Shown here: positions 9,496 to 19,628 of the stretch, in pieces
Numbering within the stretch: the first letter of the stretch is position 1
Layout: every line of letters begins with the position of its first letter
Assembly (NCBI GenBank): GCA_043800255.1
Contig: JAZDNF010000009.1
Location: forward strand, 160,001-224,000
DNA from: Candidatus Altiarchaeota archaeon
GTDB taxonomy: Archaea > Altiarchaeota > Altiarchaeia > IMC4 > SCGC-AAA252-I15
Direction: 5' to 3'
Length of the DNA: 64,000 nt
The notes under the pieces: generated by a model
The model's input: only the letters and a program-made list of their open reading frames with translations
What the model was told of the DNA's origin: nothing
Databases searched by the model: none
Translations under genes and position numbers: made by a program

Positions 9496-10383
9496 TCAGA
9501 GCAGGCTCTCAAGGTACATCCTGACGTAATCCCTCCTGCCATCCTTCGAAGCCCTCTCCCTGAAGCCCTTCTCCTTTGCGAGCCTCTGCAATATCTTGTG
9601 AGAGCCGGAGCCGTACTGTGCAGCCCTCTTCCTCCTGTTGATTATGTAATCCGGGACCTCCGATTTCTCAGCCATCTTCCGCAGTACGTACTTTCTTATG
9701 AACTTCCTCCCGCCGGCAACGTCAACGCAGTCGTACTCTCCCCCGTCTTTGACCTCCCGTATCTTAAGCTCCGGCGGAATTCCTTTGGCATAGTTCACAA
9801 ACGCTTCATCTGTGAACGGAAACCTGAGTTCGATGCCGTTCCCCCTGCAGACCGCGGCATCATACCGCAGCTGACCGTCGAACAGGCTGCTGACATCATA
9901 ATCCAGAGCCTCCTGCAGGCTGCCGTAGCCGTCCTCCGAGAGGATCTCCAGATACCTGTTGTAGCCTCCGAAGAGCTCGTCAGGGCCCTGACCGCATAGC
10001 ATCACCCTCAGGCCGTCCTCGCCCGCTCTCCTAGAAGCGAAGTAGAAGGGCACGGCAACTGAAACCTTCAGAGGATCGGGAACTCCGACAAGCCGCACGA
10101 TGGGCTTCAGCGCAACTTCAACGTCTTCAACCGTGAATTCGATGATTCTGCCCTCAAACTTGGATGACTCCAGAAGCAGTCTAGCATATTTCAGGTCGTC
10201 TGAATCTGCAATACCCACAGAATATGAAGTCACTTCAGCAAGACGTGATGCGGTGACTGCCACGAGAGTTGAATCAAGACCGCCGGACAGTATAACGCCG
10301 ACCCCTCCATCAGCGCACTCCCGTCTGACAGCGTCAACGAACAATTCTTTCAGATTCCGCACGTAATCTTCCAAAGGATTCAT
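9496..10383 (-). CDS. Asparagine synthase C-terminal (synthetase) domain protein, lacking the glutaminase domain
   Basis: LSGGLDS PP-loop, GQGPDELFGGY, KYVLR and KRAAQYGSG. Confidence 0.85.
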   Translation of the reverse strand: MNPLEDYVRNLKELFVDAVRRECADGGVGVILSGGLDSTLVAVTASRLAEVTSYSVGIADSDDLKYARLLLESSKFEGRIIEFTVEDVEVALKPIVRLVGVPDPLKVSVAVPFYFASRRAGEDGLRVMLCGQGPDELFGGYNRYLEILSEDGYGSLQEALDYDVSSLFDGQLRYDAAVCRGNGIELRFPFTDEAFVNYAKGIPPELKIREVKDGGEYDCVDVAGGRKFIRKYVLRKMAEKSEVPDYIINRRKRAAQYGSGSHKILQRLAKEKGFRERASKDGRRDYVRMYLESLL

Positions 10384-10426
10384 AAGAGGGGGATTTTAGT
10401 ATATACTCCTATAGCTAAAAGAGCAG

Positions 10427-11686
10427 GTGATTAAATTTAGGATACACTTTCTAGGAGGGGCGATGGAAGTCGGCAAATCCGCCTTCCTCATTGAATCGGA
10501 GGACGCTTCGGTCATGCTGGACTTCGGAGTTAAACTGACTGAACCGCCAACCTATCCCCAGGTCCCGAAGAATGTTGACGCTATCGTGCTCTCGCACTGC
10601 CACCTGGACCATAGCGGCGGCATACCGATACTGCACAAGAGTGCTAAGGTACCGGTTTATGCGACAGACATCACCCTCGAACTCGCACGGCTCCTCCAGC
10701 TAGACTCGCTCAAGATAAGCACTATGAGAGGGTTCCCTTCCCCGTATACGGAGGAGGATATCGAACGCATGCACCCTGACGAGGTGCCAGTAGACTTCAA
10801 CTCCAGCCGCAAGATAGGAAGGAACGTGAAATTCGAGCTCACACGGGCAGGGCACATCCCAGGCAGCGCTGCAGTGCTTATGGAACTTGACGGGCGCAGG
10901 CTCCTCTACACTGGCGACATCAACACCTCAGACACCCTGCTGATGGCTGCCGGAAGCGTGCCTGAAGCTGACATGCTGATTCTGGAGTCAACATACGGCG
11001 ACAGGGACCACCCTCCAAGGGAGGAGACCGAGAGGAAGTTCCTGGAGAGGATAAAGACGACACTCGTCGGCGGTGGCGTCGCCCTAGTCCCGGCCTTCGG
11101 GGTCGGAAGGTCGCAGGAGATGCTCCTGCTGCTCCAGAACCTCGAGTACCCAGTATACTTGGACGGGATGGCGAAGACCGCCACAACGCTTATGCTCGAA
11201 TACCCTGAGTACCTGAGAGACCCGGATGAACTCCAGAAGGCTGCCGAGAATGCAGTCTGGATAAGGAACAACAGGGACAGGAAGGATGCTATCCGGCAGC
11301 CCTGCGCCATAGTCACAACTGCAGGGATGCTCACAGGAGGCCCTGTTGTGAAGTACATACAGCTGTTGAACAAGAACAAGAAGAACAGTATAACGCTCAC
11401 CGGATACCAGGTCGAGGGCACGAACGGCAGGCTTCTCCTTGAGAGCGGCTACATCATCGACGAGATGACGAACAGGAAAGTAAAAGTCAGGCTCGACGTC
11501 GAAAAGTTCGACTTCTCAGCCCACGCAGACCATAAGGACATACTTAGGATAGTGAAGGACGTGAACCCGGAGAATGTGGCGCTCGTCCACGGCGATCCCC
11601 AGGTCATAGAGACGCTGGCAAAGGAACTAACGCCAAATCATAAGGTCTATACGCCTGAAGTGGGAACAACCGTCGATATCAGATAG
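10427..11686 (+). CDS. Beta-CASP metallo-beta-lactamase ribonuclease
   Basis: HCHLDH, AGHIPGS, YTGD, ESTYG, FSAHAD and VHGD motifs. Confidence 0.93.
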   Translation: MIKFRIHFLGGAMEVGKSAFLIESEDASVMLDFGVKLTEPPTYPQVPKNVDAIVLSHCHLDHSGGIPILHKSAKVPVYATDITLELARLLQLDSLKISTMRGFPSPYTEEDIERMHPDEVPVDFNSSRKIGRNVKFELTRAGHIPGSAAVLMELDGRRLLYTGDINTSDTLLMAAGSVPEADMLILESTYGDRDHPPREETERKFLERIKTTLVGGGVALVPAFGVGRSQEMLLLLQNLEYPVYLDGMAKTATTLMLEYPEYLRDPDELQKAAENAVWIRNNRDRKDAIRQPCAIVTTAGMLTGGPVVKYIQLLNKNKKNSITLTGYQVEGTNGRLLLESGYIIDEMTNRKVKVRLDVEKFDFSAHADHKDILRIVKDVNPENVALVHGDPQVIETLAKELTPNHKVYTPEVGTTVDIR

Positions 11687-12080
11687 CAACAGGAGACAGC
11701 TGAGCCCTGCAGTTAGGGCACTTGGGATAGGACAACGCCAGGGATATCTTGCACTTCGGGCACCTTATGTCAGACTCGATATTAGATATGATAGTCTCCT
11801 TCTTCTTCACGGTTGCCTCCTTGTTCTCCAGGACGGCTATCCGCCAGCAGTCATAGGAGATTATTACGCCAGCTGCAAGCGAACCTGGAATGCCAAAGTA
11901 GTAGCTTAACGCAAGGTTAGCCATCAGAAAAATCAACCCTCTGCCGATTTTCCAAACGTACAGGTAAGCTATCGGCCCGAACAGTAGGCCAAGAAAGGCT
12001 GCAACATGAGGGTTCTTCGGCTTATGCTGAACTCTAGATTCAGATTGAGGCTTAACAACCGGGCTTCCGACTTCTTCCAT
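11679..12080 (-). CDS. Small membrane protein with C-terminal zinc ribbon
   Basis: KNPHVAAFLGLLFG TM segments; CPKC...CPNC. Confidence 0.7.
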   Translation of the reverse strand: MEEVGSPVVKPQSESRVQHKPKNPHVAAFLGLLFGPIAYLYVWKIGRGLIFLMANLALSYYFGIPGSLAAGVIISYDCWRIAVLENKEATVKKKETIISNIESDIRCPKCKISLALSYPKCPNCRAQLSPVAI

Positions 12081-12147
12081 CCTCTACTAATATGTAATCA
12101 ATGTTTAAAACATAGTAGTACTGAGAGCATATATCCGTTACATAACA

Positions 12148-14256
12148 CTAGATAACATAACCCAAAGATTTAAGTCGTTCGACCTGCTCCGGGGTGAGCT
12201 CGATTACCCCAACAGTGACGTTCTCCGCCAGCCTGCTGTTCTCAGCCTCCCAGGCATACAGCATCTGCCTCAGGCCTTCAGCCATTTCTGGAAGTTCTTG
12301 GGATAAATCCTCTTTTTCGTTGGGGTCATCTTCGAGGTCATACAGGGCATAGAATTCTCCGAGGGGGAGAGTATCATCGTTAGAGAATACCCTCCTTGCA
12401 TGACTGCGCATCAGCTTCCAGTTTCCAGTGCGGACGGAGTCCTGGCCGAAGAGGATTGCAAGGTCCTTTCTAGACCAGTTGGGGTATGCTGCAGAGAACA
12501 GTCCATGCCTGAACACCTCAAGATCAGAATCATGGTTGGTTTCATCTGCTGAACAGGCTGCCGAGCTTAGAATTCTGTCAGCTAGGCCGTAGTCAAAATC
12601 CGAGCTAGATGAGAGTGAGTAGAGGCCGGTTGAATAATATGTGCCACCGCATGACAGAATCCTGGATAGGCCGTGGACGCCCTGAATTCTAGTAACTGGA
12701 GAGACATCCTCAGCCCTTAGTTCCAGCCCGCTCGAAGTGAAATCGACAGTGATGTCCCCAGGAGAGATGGACTCGGATATTATTTCAGTCGCATTGCCAT
12801 CGATGAACGCCCGAACGCAGTCTTCGATTGCCTTATTGTCCTTGCATTCGACAACGTCGAACCGTAGCATGAATGCGTCATTCTCGAATACCGTAAGCGG
12901 GGTTAGTTTGAAATCCCCAACAAAAAAATAGCTAAAAGGCAGTTTCTCAATGTGGAAAGTACTACTGAAAACAGGAACCTCTGCACCCGTATTGCCGTAT
13001 AACAGAGGGGCGAAAGACACTCCCTGCAGGTTGTCCTCTGGGCCAACTCCCAAGAGATCGAGGATTGCTGGCATGATATCGATGGTTCTAACGGTATTGC
13101 GAATGCGTTTACCCCCGCTAAGAGATGGTATCAGGACCAGAAGCGGCACGTGTATAGTCTCGTCGTACAATTGACCGTGACCAACAAAGCCATGTTCTCC
13201 GAACTCTTCGCCATGGTCTGAGGTTATTATTACAATAGTCTTATTGGAGATGCCAAGACTGTCTAATTTTTCGAAAATTGTACCAATAAATGAGTCTACA
13301 TAGGTTATCTTCCTGTCGTACATTCCGATGATCGTATTAATATCGTCCAGCCCGGATATGTTGACCACGAACGACTCGATCAGTCTGCTGTCGGAGTTAC
13401 CAGCGCCATTGAAGTTCTGGTCCGGCTGGAATGAAAGGTAGGAGTCATGTACGCTGTAGGTGTGGAAGAACATGAAGAACTGTTCATCATAATTCTCATC
13501 CAACCAAGCCAACAGCAGGCCACTGTTTTTGTCAGGGTCATCATAAAACAAATCGAAGCCCCTTAATCCAATATCCTCTATCACCTGACCGCCTCCGGTG
13601 AATGCGACAGTCCGGTAGCCCTCGCCGTTGAGTATCTCCGGTAGAGTGCGTATGGACTCGTCCAGTTGGAAGCTGCAATCCGGATTCGATTGTTGTTCTA
13701 GATTGCATATCCTGTGTACTGAAGGATAGAATGACGTTAGCATCGTCATGTGAGATGGGGCGCTTGCCACGGACTGTGTGAAAGCGTTCTCGAACAGTAT
13801 GCCATCGGCTGCAAGACTGTCAATGATGGAGCTTGTGTTCCTCTCGTATCCGTAGCATCCCAGATGGTCCGCCCTGAGAGCATCTATTGAGACAATGATG
13901 ACATTCATGCCATACAGGGAATCAAAGCCGGAACAGTCCTCATCCACTCCATCAAGGGGAATCTCAACAGCCTGTGAATTTACCCGCATATTGGTGTCGT
14001 TACAGTCGCTGCCACCGACCATAAGCGATGCGAAACCGTCTCCATCAATATCAACAACGTCAAAACCGTCACAATCCTGGTCGACACCATCATACGGAAT
14101 CTCAACACCACCAGGGTGGACACTCTCCGACATATCATCACAGTCGCCGCCTCCGAAAAAAAAGTTTAAGTATTGGTCACCATCCCTGTCCAAGATTCTA
14201 GAATAGAATACTAGAAGCAATAGGACTATTAGAGGTGCTACTTTCCCCGAAGTCAT
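12148..14256 (-). CDS. Exported sulfatase/alkaline-phosphatase-superfamily enzyme with N-terminal Asp/Cys metal-binding repeats
   Basis: N-terminal hydrophobic segment; DCxD...EIPxDGVDxDC repeats; SIDALRADH, SAPSH, TSDHGEE, LYDLEDDPNE and LKSLGY. Confidence 0.85.
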   Translation of the reverse strand: MTSGKVAPLIVLLLLVFYSRILDRDGDQYLNFFFGGGDCDDMSESVHPGGVEIPYDGVDQDCDGFDVVDIDGDGFASLMVGGSDCNDTNMRVNSQAVEIPLDGVDEDCSGFDSLYGMNVIIVSIDALRADHLGCYGYERNTSSIIDSLAADGILFENAFTQSVASAPSHMTMLTSFYPSVHRICNLEQQSNPDCSFQLDESIRTLPEILNGEGYRTVAFTGGGQVIEDIGLRGFDLFYDDPDKNSGLLLAWLDENYDEQFFMFFHTYSVHDSYLSFQPDQNFNGAGNSDSRLIESFVVNISGLDDINTIIGMYDRKITYVDSFIGTIFEKLDSLGISNKTIVIITSDHGEEFGEHGFVGHGQLYDETIHVPLLVLIPSLSGGKRIRNTVRTIDIMPAILDLLGVGPEDNLQGVSFAPLLYGNTGAEVPVFSSTFHIEKLPFSYFFVGDFKLTPLTVFENDAFMLRFDVVECKDNKAIEDCVRAFIDGNATEIISESISPGDITVDFTSSGLELRAEDVSPVTRIQGVHGLSRILSCGGTYYSTGLYSLSSSSDFDYGLADRILSSAACSADETNHDSDLEVFRHGLFSAAYPNWSRKDLAILFGQDSVRTGNWKLMRSHARRVFSNDDTLPLGEFYALYDLEDDPNEKEDLSQELPEMAEGLRQMLYAWEAENSRLAENVTVGVIELTPEQVERLKSLGYVI

Positions 14257-14747
14257 TTGGAATTTAGTACTTGTGACATGGCCATTTTAACAGCATCAGC
14301 CGGCCTGGCACGATTAACTTGAGAGATGCCCTTCAGAGTACCATCCACAGTATCTGTTACACCTCCTGTGCCGTCAACCAGAACAACAGGCCTGTTGTAA
14401 TTCAACGCCAGTGCAATCTCGGAGAGAGTGCCCTTGCCACCGTGAATCGCTATAACAGCGTCTGACGAGGAGACGACCAACGCATTTCGGGCGTATCCCA
14501 TCCCCGTTGGGAGGACGATGTCAACGTATTTGTTGGCGTCATTTTTGTCGGCAGATGGCAGTATGCCAACTGTCAATCCTCCAGCACCTTTAGCGCCCCT
14601 GCAGGCTGCCTCCATGACGCCGCCCCGGCCGCCGCAGACGAGAACACACCCATTTTTTGCGATATCACTGCCAACGGTTTCGGCAGCCTCCCTCACTTTA
14701 TTGGGAATCTCACCATCGCTCCCGATGACGCCGATGCACGTTCTCAT
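14253..14747 (-). CDS. LOG-like (TIGR00725) family protein
   Basis: GGRGGVMEA, GILP, RNAL and GTLSEIALA motifs. Confidence 0.9.
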   Translation of the reverse strand: MRTCIGVIGSDGEIPNKVREAAETVGSDIAKNGCVLVCGGRGGVMEAACRGAKGAGGLTVGILPSADKNDANKYVDIVLPTGMGYARNALVVSSSDAVIAIHGGKGTLSEIALALNYNRPVVLVDGTGGVTDTVDGTLKGISQVNRARPADAVKMAMSQVLNSK

Positions 14748-16066
14748 CTGATGTTACCGCCTATCCGGCTGAAGAAGTCCCTAATGGAATCCTCCTTCCC
14801 CTTCCGCCTCTGGTTTATGAACTCGACGCTGAAGCAGACGCTCTTCAGGTTCCTCCCGAGTTTATCGCTCCTGTAGACGTCCTTGACCGTTACGCCGATT
14901 ATCTCAGGGTTATGCTCTGAGAGGATTTTTGATATGAACTTCTCATCAGCATTGTCCTGCAACAGAACAGAAAAGTCCCTCGAGGATGCCCCATACTTCT
15001 GCACCTTGAATTCTATCCTGTCCTCCTCAGAGAGCACCTTAACATTCGACAGCTTAAGCGTTGACTCCTTTCCCATATCCTCAAGGGTAACAGACTCAGG
15101 AGTTACCGTCTTCACTATCCCAAGATGGCATTTTCCGGAGTATATGTGGCACAAACATATCTCCCGCCCGACGGACTCCTTAAGGGCTTTCAGCTCCGCC
15201 GCCAAGGAGCTTATGGCCTTGTCGGACCGCCCCATCGCGCTGTCAACGTCGTCAAAGTTCTTCGCAGCCTCGGCCATAGTCTGCACGAAACTCTTCTCGT
15301 CCTTCTCTCTGACTATGTCCTTCAGCTCGGAAACGCTTCTGAGAAAAGCCTCATGGGCTTCTCCCACATGCGGATTCATGAACTGTATCTCGGCGTAAAG
15401 GTGAGGGTCCTGCCCGATGATCCTGCCTACCATGTCAAGCATCAGCTCGTAAACCGGTGATGAGAATTTCCTCGACTTCTTGATGTCAAAGTTCAGGTCC
15501 TTAAGAGCCTTGGCGAACGATATGTAGCTGAAATGCGTGAGCCCCTGGACCACCGCCATGATCCGGTCATGCTCCTCGGGTGTGGACTCGTAGACCCGGG
15601 CATGGCGGGCTTCAAAGATCTTCCTGACCTTCTGAGTCCACTTCGTTCCCCTGAGGGAAGTGAGAACCAGCACCTGGTTTTCCAGCCCTCCGACGCGGGG
15701 GCCGAAGATGGGATGGCAGCCGAGGACTTCAACGCCCTTCCCAGAGTGGTTCAGCATAGCCTTGCAGGGGCCCTCCTTGATGGAAGTGAGGTCCATGAGC
15801 AGGCTCTTCTCCCTGACATGCGGCGCAACTTCCTTGATGATGTCAACCGTGACGCTGATGGGAACCGTGACTATTACTATGTCGGCAGTTGAGGCTGCGC
15901 CAGCATTGTCCCTGCTGTACGAAACTCCAAGCTCCTCCGCGGCCTTCCTGCCCTTCCTCTCGGTCGGGCCCGTAACCGTAACGTCAAAACCCTCCTCTTT
16001 GAAGAGCCTGGCGAAAATTCGCCCCATACCCCCGTAGCCGCCTATAATAGCAACCCTGCTAGCCAT
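14744..16066 (-). CDS. tyrA: Prephenate dehydrogenase with C-terminal extension (FDX-ACB-like end)
   Basis: IIGGYGGMG, DLTSIK, HPIFGP and HDRIMAVVQGLTH; C-terminal RDFS...DVY...KSVCF. Confidence 0.9.
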   Translation of the reverse strand: MASRVAIIGGYGGMGRIFARLFKEEGFDVTVTGPTERKGRKAAEELGVSYSRDNAGAASTADIVIVTVPISVTVDIIKEVAPHVREKSLLMDLTSIKEGPCKAMLNHSGKGVEVLGCHPIFGPRVGGLENQVLVLTSLRGTKWTQKVRKIFEARHARVYESTPEEHDRIMAVVQGLTHFSYISFAKALKDLNFDIKKSRKFSSPVYELMLDMVGRIIGQDPHLYAEIQFMNPHVGEAHEAFLRSVSELKDIVREKDEKSFVQTMAEAAKNFDDVDSAMGRSDKAISSLAAELKALKESVGREICLCHIYSGKCHLGIVKTVTPESVTLEDMGKESTLKLSNVKVLSEEDRIEFKVQKYGASSRDFSVLLQDNADEKFISKILSEHNPEIIGVTVKDVYRSDKLGRNLKSVCFSVEFINQRRKGKEDSIRDFFSRIGGNIR

Positions 16067-16118
16067 ACTGGTAATAATATGTTTTATTTATGCATAAAAC
16101 ACGGAAGATAATATTAGA

Positions 16119-16829
16119 ATGGCTGACCAAAGTCGCGGACCACAAAAGGAGAAGAAGAAAGTTACTGGAGAATCTCAACAGTCTGAGAGGGAGATAAAAG
16201 AGATAGAGCCAAAGAGACCAGGATGGTGGTCCAGATTCCGGGAGAGGGGAGAGCTTAAGAAGTCCCTCCCAACCAAGACGGCGCTCACAACATCGAAAGG
16301 CGAGATGGTCATAAACCTGAGGAAGGAGGTCCTCAGCAGATTCCCCCTAAAGTCCTCAAAGGTTGTCGAACTGGCTGACGAAGTCTTCGGCCAACCGGAA
16401 GAGGATGCGAAAGGGATTTCCAGCAGAGACCATGCTCTGCTCTCACTAGTGAGAATGGACAAGTCTCTCCCGACCGTGTACCAGGATAGGTTCAGGCAGG
16501 CTGCGGCTCTGCTGATTATCGACGGCATCCGGGACATAACAGACATAAAAGATAAGAACCTCACCCTGTCCAAACCTCATGCCATCTTGGACGCTCTGAG
16601 GAGCAAAGGCAACGAGCTTGTCACATCCAAGAGCGACAGGCAGGGCATAGACGCCCGTGTAAAGTTCTTCACAACAAGCGATGGCGCACTGAAACTGTTG
16701 AAAGACGTCCGTGACGCGGTTAAAGGCGAACTGAGTGTCGGACACACAGTAGACGATGAAAAAGTGCTGAAACTCGTCAAAGGCTACGACATCTCTCGCG
16801 ACTTCCGCAAAACAACACCACTGCCCTGA
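16119..16829 (+). CDS. Hypothetical protein with charged, disordered N-terminus
   Basis: Long ORF filling the intergenic space; no recognised motif. Confidence 0.6.
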   Translation: MADQSRGPQKEKKKVTGESQQSEREIKEIEPKRPGWWSRFRERGELKKSLPTKTALTTSKGEMVINLRKEVLSRFPLKSSKVVELADEVFGQPEEDAKGISSRDHALLSLVRMDKSLPTVYQDRFRQAAALLIIDGIRDITDIKDKNLTLSKPHAILDALRSKGNELVTSKSDRQGIDARVKFFTTSDGALKLLKDVRDAVKGELSVGHTVDDEKVLKLVKGYDISRDFRKTTPLP

Positions 16830-16901
16830 CAGATATTGGAGTCTATTAGGCAGGCATACTGCGAATGAGCGTATTTTTTCCGATAGTCCCCTATACTATC
16901 C

Positions 16902-17984
16902 ATGCGAGTAAGCTACCGCAGCGGCGGAGGCGGCATCCACGGATCACCATCTGATGATAGGAACTTCGCTAGGACAACAGACTACAGCTCGATAGCTGAA
17001 AGAGCCTCCGAGAGAGTGCTCAACGCGTCCGCGGTGAACTATTTTTTCAGGGACAAATTCAGCATCTTAGTGGACAGGCCTGAGGTTAATGATAGATTCT
17101 TCAAGGGCAGGAGCGGGGCAGAGAAAAAACCGTTGAACATCGCGATTGCGATACTGGAAGCGCATCCCGGATGGCTCAAAGACAAGGAGCCTGAAGGCGT
17201 TAAAAGATTGCTCGAGGGCGTGGCAGACATGACAGAGGACGTTAACCTGCAGGACACGCGATGCACTGCCGATGAGGTGAAAGCAGTTGAGGCAACGCTT
17301 CAATTGGGATTAGAAGACGTTGGCGTTATTGAAAAAATCGACAAATGCAGGCTCCCGGCGCCGGTGGAACCGGACGCATACTCCAGGCCACCGCGCCCTG
17401 AGAGGAGGCAGCTGCTGGAGGTGAGCAGACAGCACGGTCTGACAAAGTTGGTGGGCGACGTCTGGTCCGCCTTTGGAAAGATGAACGTCGTCGCCAATCC
17501 AGAAGATGCTGCTAACAGATTGGTTAATGACGTCCTGAACCCAACAATATTGGACCTCCCGATTCACGGGTTAAAATTCGAGGGTGACGGGCCCAGACAA
17601 TCCATCAACGAGAGAGGCATCCGGCTCTTCAAAACATTTGACCCGCCTACGAGGGTTCTGATACTGGATGTGATAGAGACTGAGATGGACAGCAGACAAA
17701 GGGACGGGACGAGGAACGACGCACTCCAGGTCTGCGCTAACCTGCTCGATGAGCTGCCTGCAAGAGCATGCGCTGAGATGCTGACTGAGATTGAGCCGAT
17801 AAAGGGCGCGATGATGCTGGAGCTGATGCGACCTGAAAATGCCGCCAATTCTGTCGAAAGACTTCTCAAAAACAGGGACCCGGTAGTAGTCCACAAGGGC
17901 GGCAGCCTGATGCGTTACATCCACAGGGATGTTGGCGAGGATATACGGGGAAGATTGGGCAAATCAGCCCTGAAAAATTTATAG
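16902..17984 (+). CDS. Hypothetical protein with MgtE-N/FliG-like helical repeats near the C-terminus
   Basis: LLDELPARACAEMLTEIEP..AMMLELMRPENAA periodicity. Confidence 0.55.
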   Translation: MRVSYRSGGGGIHGSPSDDRNFARTTDYSSIAERASERVLNASAVNYFFRDKFSILVDRPEVNDRFFKGRSGAEKKPLNIAIAILEAHPGWLKDKEPEGVKRLLEGVADMTEDVNLQDTRCTADEVKAVEATLQLGLEDVGVIEKIDKCRLPAPVEPDAYSRPPRPERRQLLEVSRQHGLTKLVGDVWSAFGKMNVVANPEDAANRLVNDVLNPTILDLPIHGLKFEGDGPRQSINERGIRLFKTFDPPTRVLILDVIETEMDSRQRDGTRNDALQVCANLLDELPARACAEMLTEIEPIKGAMMLELMRPENAANSVERLLKNRDPVVVHKGGSLMRYIHRDVGEDIRGRLGKSALKNL

Positions 17985-18083
17985 TAATTATTAACCTGCC
18001 ATGAGAAAGCCGTGTGAAGAACCACCGGTCAAAGACGGGTGGGATAGAGCGTTTTAATACGGCTTTTCTATATTGTTATTAGA

Positions 18084-19628
18084 ATGTCCTACGACTATGA
18101 CATCAACCTAGAGCACGAGTACCATAATCTGGGGAACGATTACTATAAGCTGGGCGAGTTCGACAAGGCAGTTGAGCACTACAACAAGGCCATCGAACTG
18201 AAGCCAGACCTCCTTGAGACCTATTTCAACAGAGGCCTCGCATACACGAGAAAGCAGATGTACGACAAGGCCATAGAGGACATAAACAAGGTCATAGAGC
18301 TGAACTCGAACCTGGCCGAAGCATTCTACACCAGAGGGCTGGTGTACGAGTACAAGGGGGAATACGACAGGGCTATCACCGACTACGACAAGGCCCTGCA
18401 GATTGACCCCAAATACAGCAAGGCAGAGAGCCAGAGGGAGGTTGCCAAGAGCAAGAAGTCCAGCGGGACGCCGCCGTCAGGGGGGCCTGCAAAGCAGACA
18501 TCAGGCGGAGAGGAGGGCGAGGGGCTGACGAAGTTCGACGTCCTCAAGAAGCCGAAGATGAACTTCGACAACGTCGCAGGCCTTGAGAAGACGAAAGAAC
18601 TCATCAAGGAGTCGATAGTCTACCCTCTCCTGGACCTGGAGCTTGCTAAAAAGTATGGCAAGAGGACGGGAGGCGGAGTCCTATTCTACGGGCCTCCTGG
18701 AACAGGTAAGACTTTCATCGGGAAGGCGACTGCAGGAGAGTGCGATGCGGCGTTCATAAACGTCAAGATATCCGACATCGTCGACATGTACGCCGGTAAC
18801 ACTGAGAAGAACATGCACAACGCATTCCACACCGCACGAGACAACAAGCCATGCATACTGTTCTTCGACGAAGTCGACGGCATGGGAGGCAAGAGGGAAG
18901 GCCAGCAGCAGAGCTTCGAGAGGAGGGCGATAAACCAGTTCCTGACTGAGATGGACGGGGTCGAATACGACAACGAAGGCGTGCTGGTCATAGGCTCGAC
19001 CAACGCACCATGGGCTGTGGACTCGGCCCTGAGAAGAGCGGGACGTTTCAGCAAGATGATATACTTCCCACAGCCTGACAAGAAGACGAGAAACGAGCTT
19101 CTCAGGCTTTACCTGAAGGACAGGCCGGTCGACCCTAAACTAAAAATAAGCAGACTCGCTAGGATGACCGAGGGATTCTCCGGAGCCGACGTCAAGGAGC
19201 TGTGCGACGCAGCAGCCGCAATACCCTGGAAGGAGGCGCTTAAGACCAAGAAGGAGAGGCTGGTAACGTTCAAAGATTTCAGAAAGGCTACGAGCGGTGA
19301 CCGGGCAGTCATGTCATCGCTCCCAGCGTGGTACAGTTCCGTTAAAAAGTATCTGATAGAGGAGGAAGATGAGGAGGACGGCAAGAAGGGGAAAAGCTTC
19401 AGCGCGAAGATATTCAGGGACATCTTCGACCTAAGTCCAGCACAGCAGACAGGCGGTGGAGACTCTTCCAGCACTACCGTGAGGCACAAGAAGGACCAGG
19501 AGGAACTCCTTGGCGAGGAGGAGAGGAGACTCTTCAACGACCTCATAAAGGACATAAAAAAGCACACGGACCCGATGTACAAGATGTCCAGGAAGGGGAG
19601 GATGATGTTCGCGAGATATGTGACATGA
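18084..19628 (+). CDS. TPR-repeat plus classical AAA ATPase (Vps4/Cdc48-like)
   Basis: Three TPRs; VAGLE, GPPGTGKT, FFDEVD, STNAPWAVDSALRRAGRF and GFSGAD. Confidence 0.92.
   Translation: MSYDYDINLEHEYHNLGNDYYKLGEFDKAVEHYNKAIELKPDLLETYFNRGLAYTRKQMYDKAIEDINKVIELNSNLAEAFYTRGLVYEYKGEYDRAITDYDKALQIDPKYSKAESQREVAKSKKSSGTPPSGGPAKQTSGGEEGEGLTKFDVLKKPKMNFDNVAGLEKTKELIKESIVYPLLDLELAKKYGKRTGGGVLFYGPPGTGKTFIGKATAGECDAAFINVKISDIVDMYAGNTEKNMHNAFHTARDNKPCILFFDEVDGMGGKREGQQQSFERRAINQFLTEMDGVEYDNEGVLVIGSTNAPWAVDSALRRAGRFSKMIYFPQPDKKTRNELLRLYLKDRPVDPKLKISRLARMTEGFSGADVKELCDAAAAIPWKEALKTKKERLVTFKDFRKATSGDRAVMSSLPAWYSSVKKYLIEEEDEEDGKKGKSFSAKIFRDIFDLSPAQQTGGGDSSSTTVRHKKDQEELLGEEERRLFNDLIKDIKKHTDPMYKMSRKGRMMFARYVT

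Noticed and set aside
18006-18066. Possible structured RNA (AAAGCCGT/ACGGCTTT with an inner hairpin)
   Set aside because: The stems are short and overlap the likely TATA box of the AAA gene, so chance cannot be excluded.
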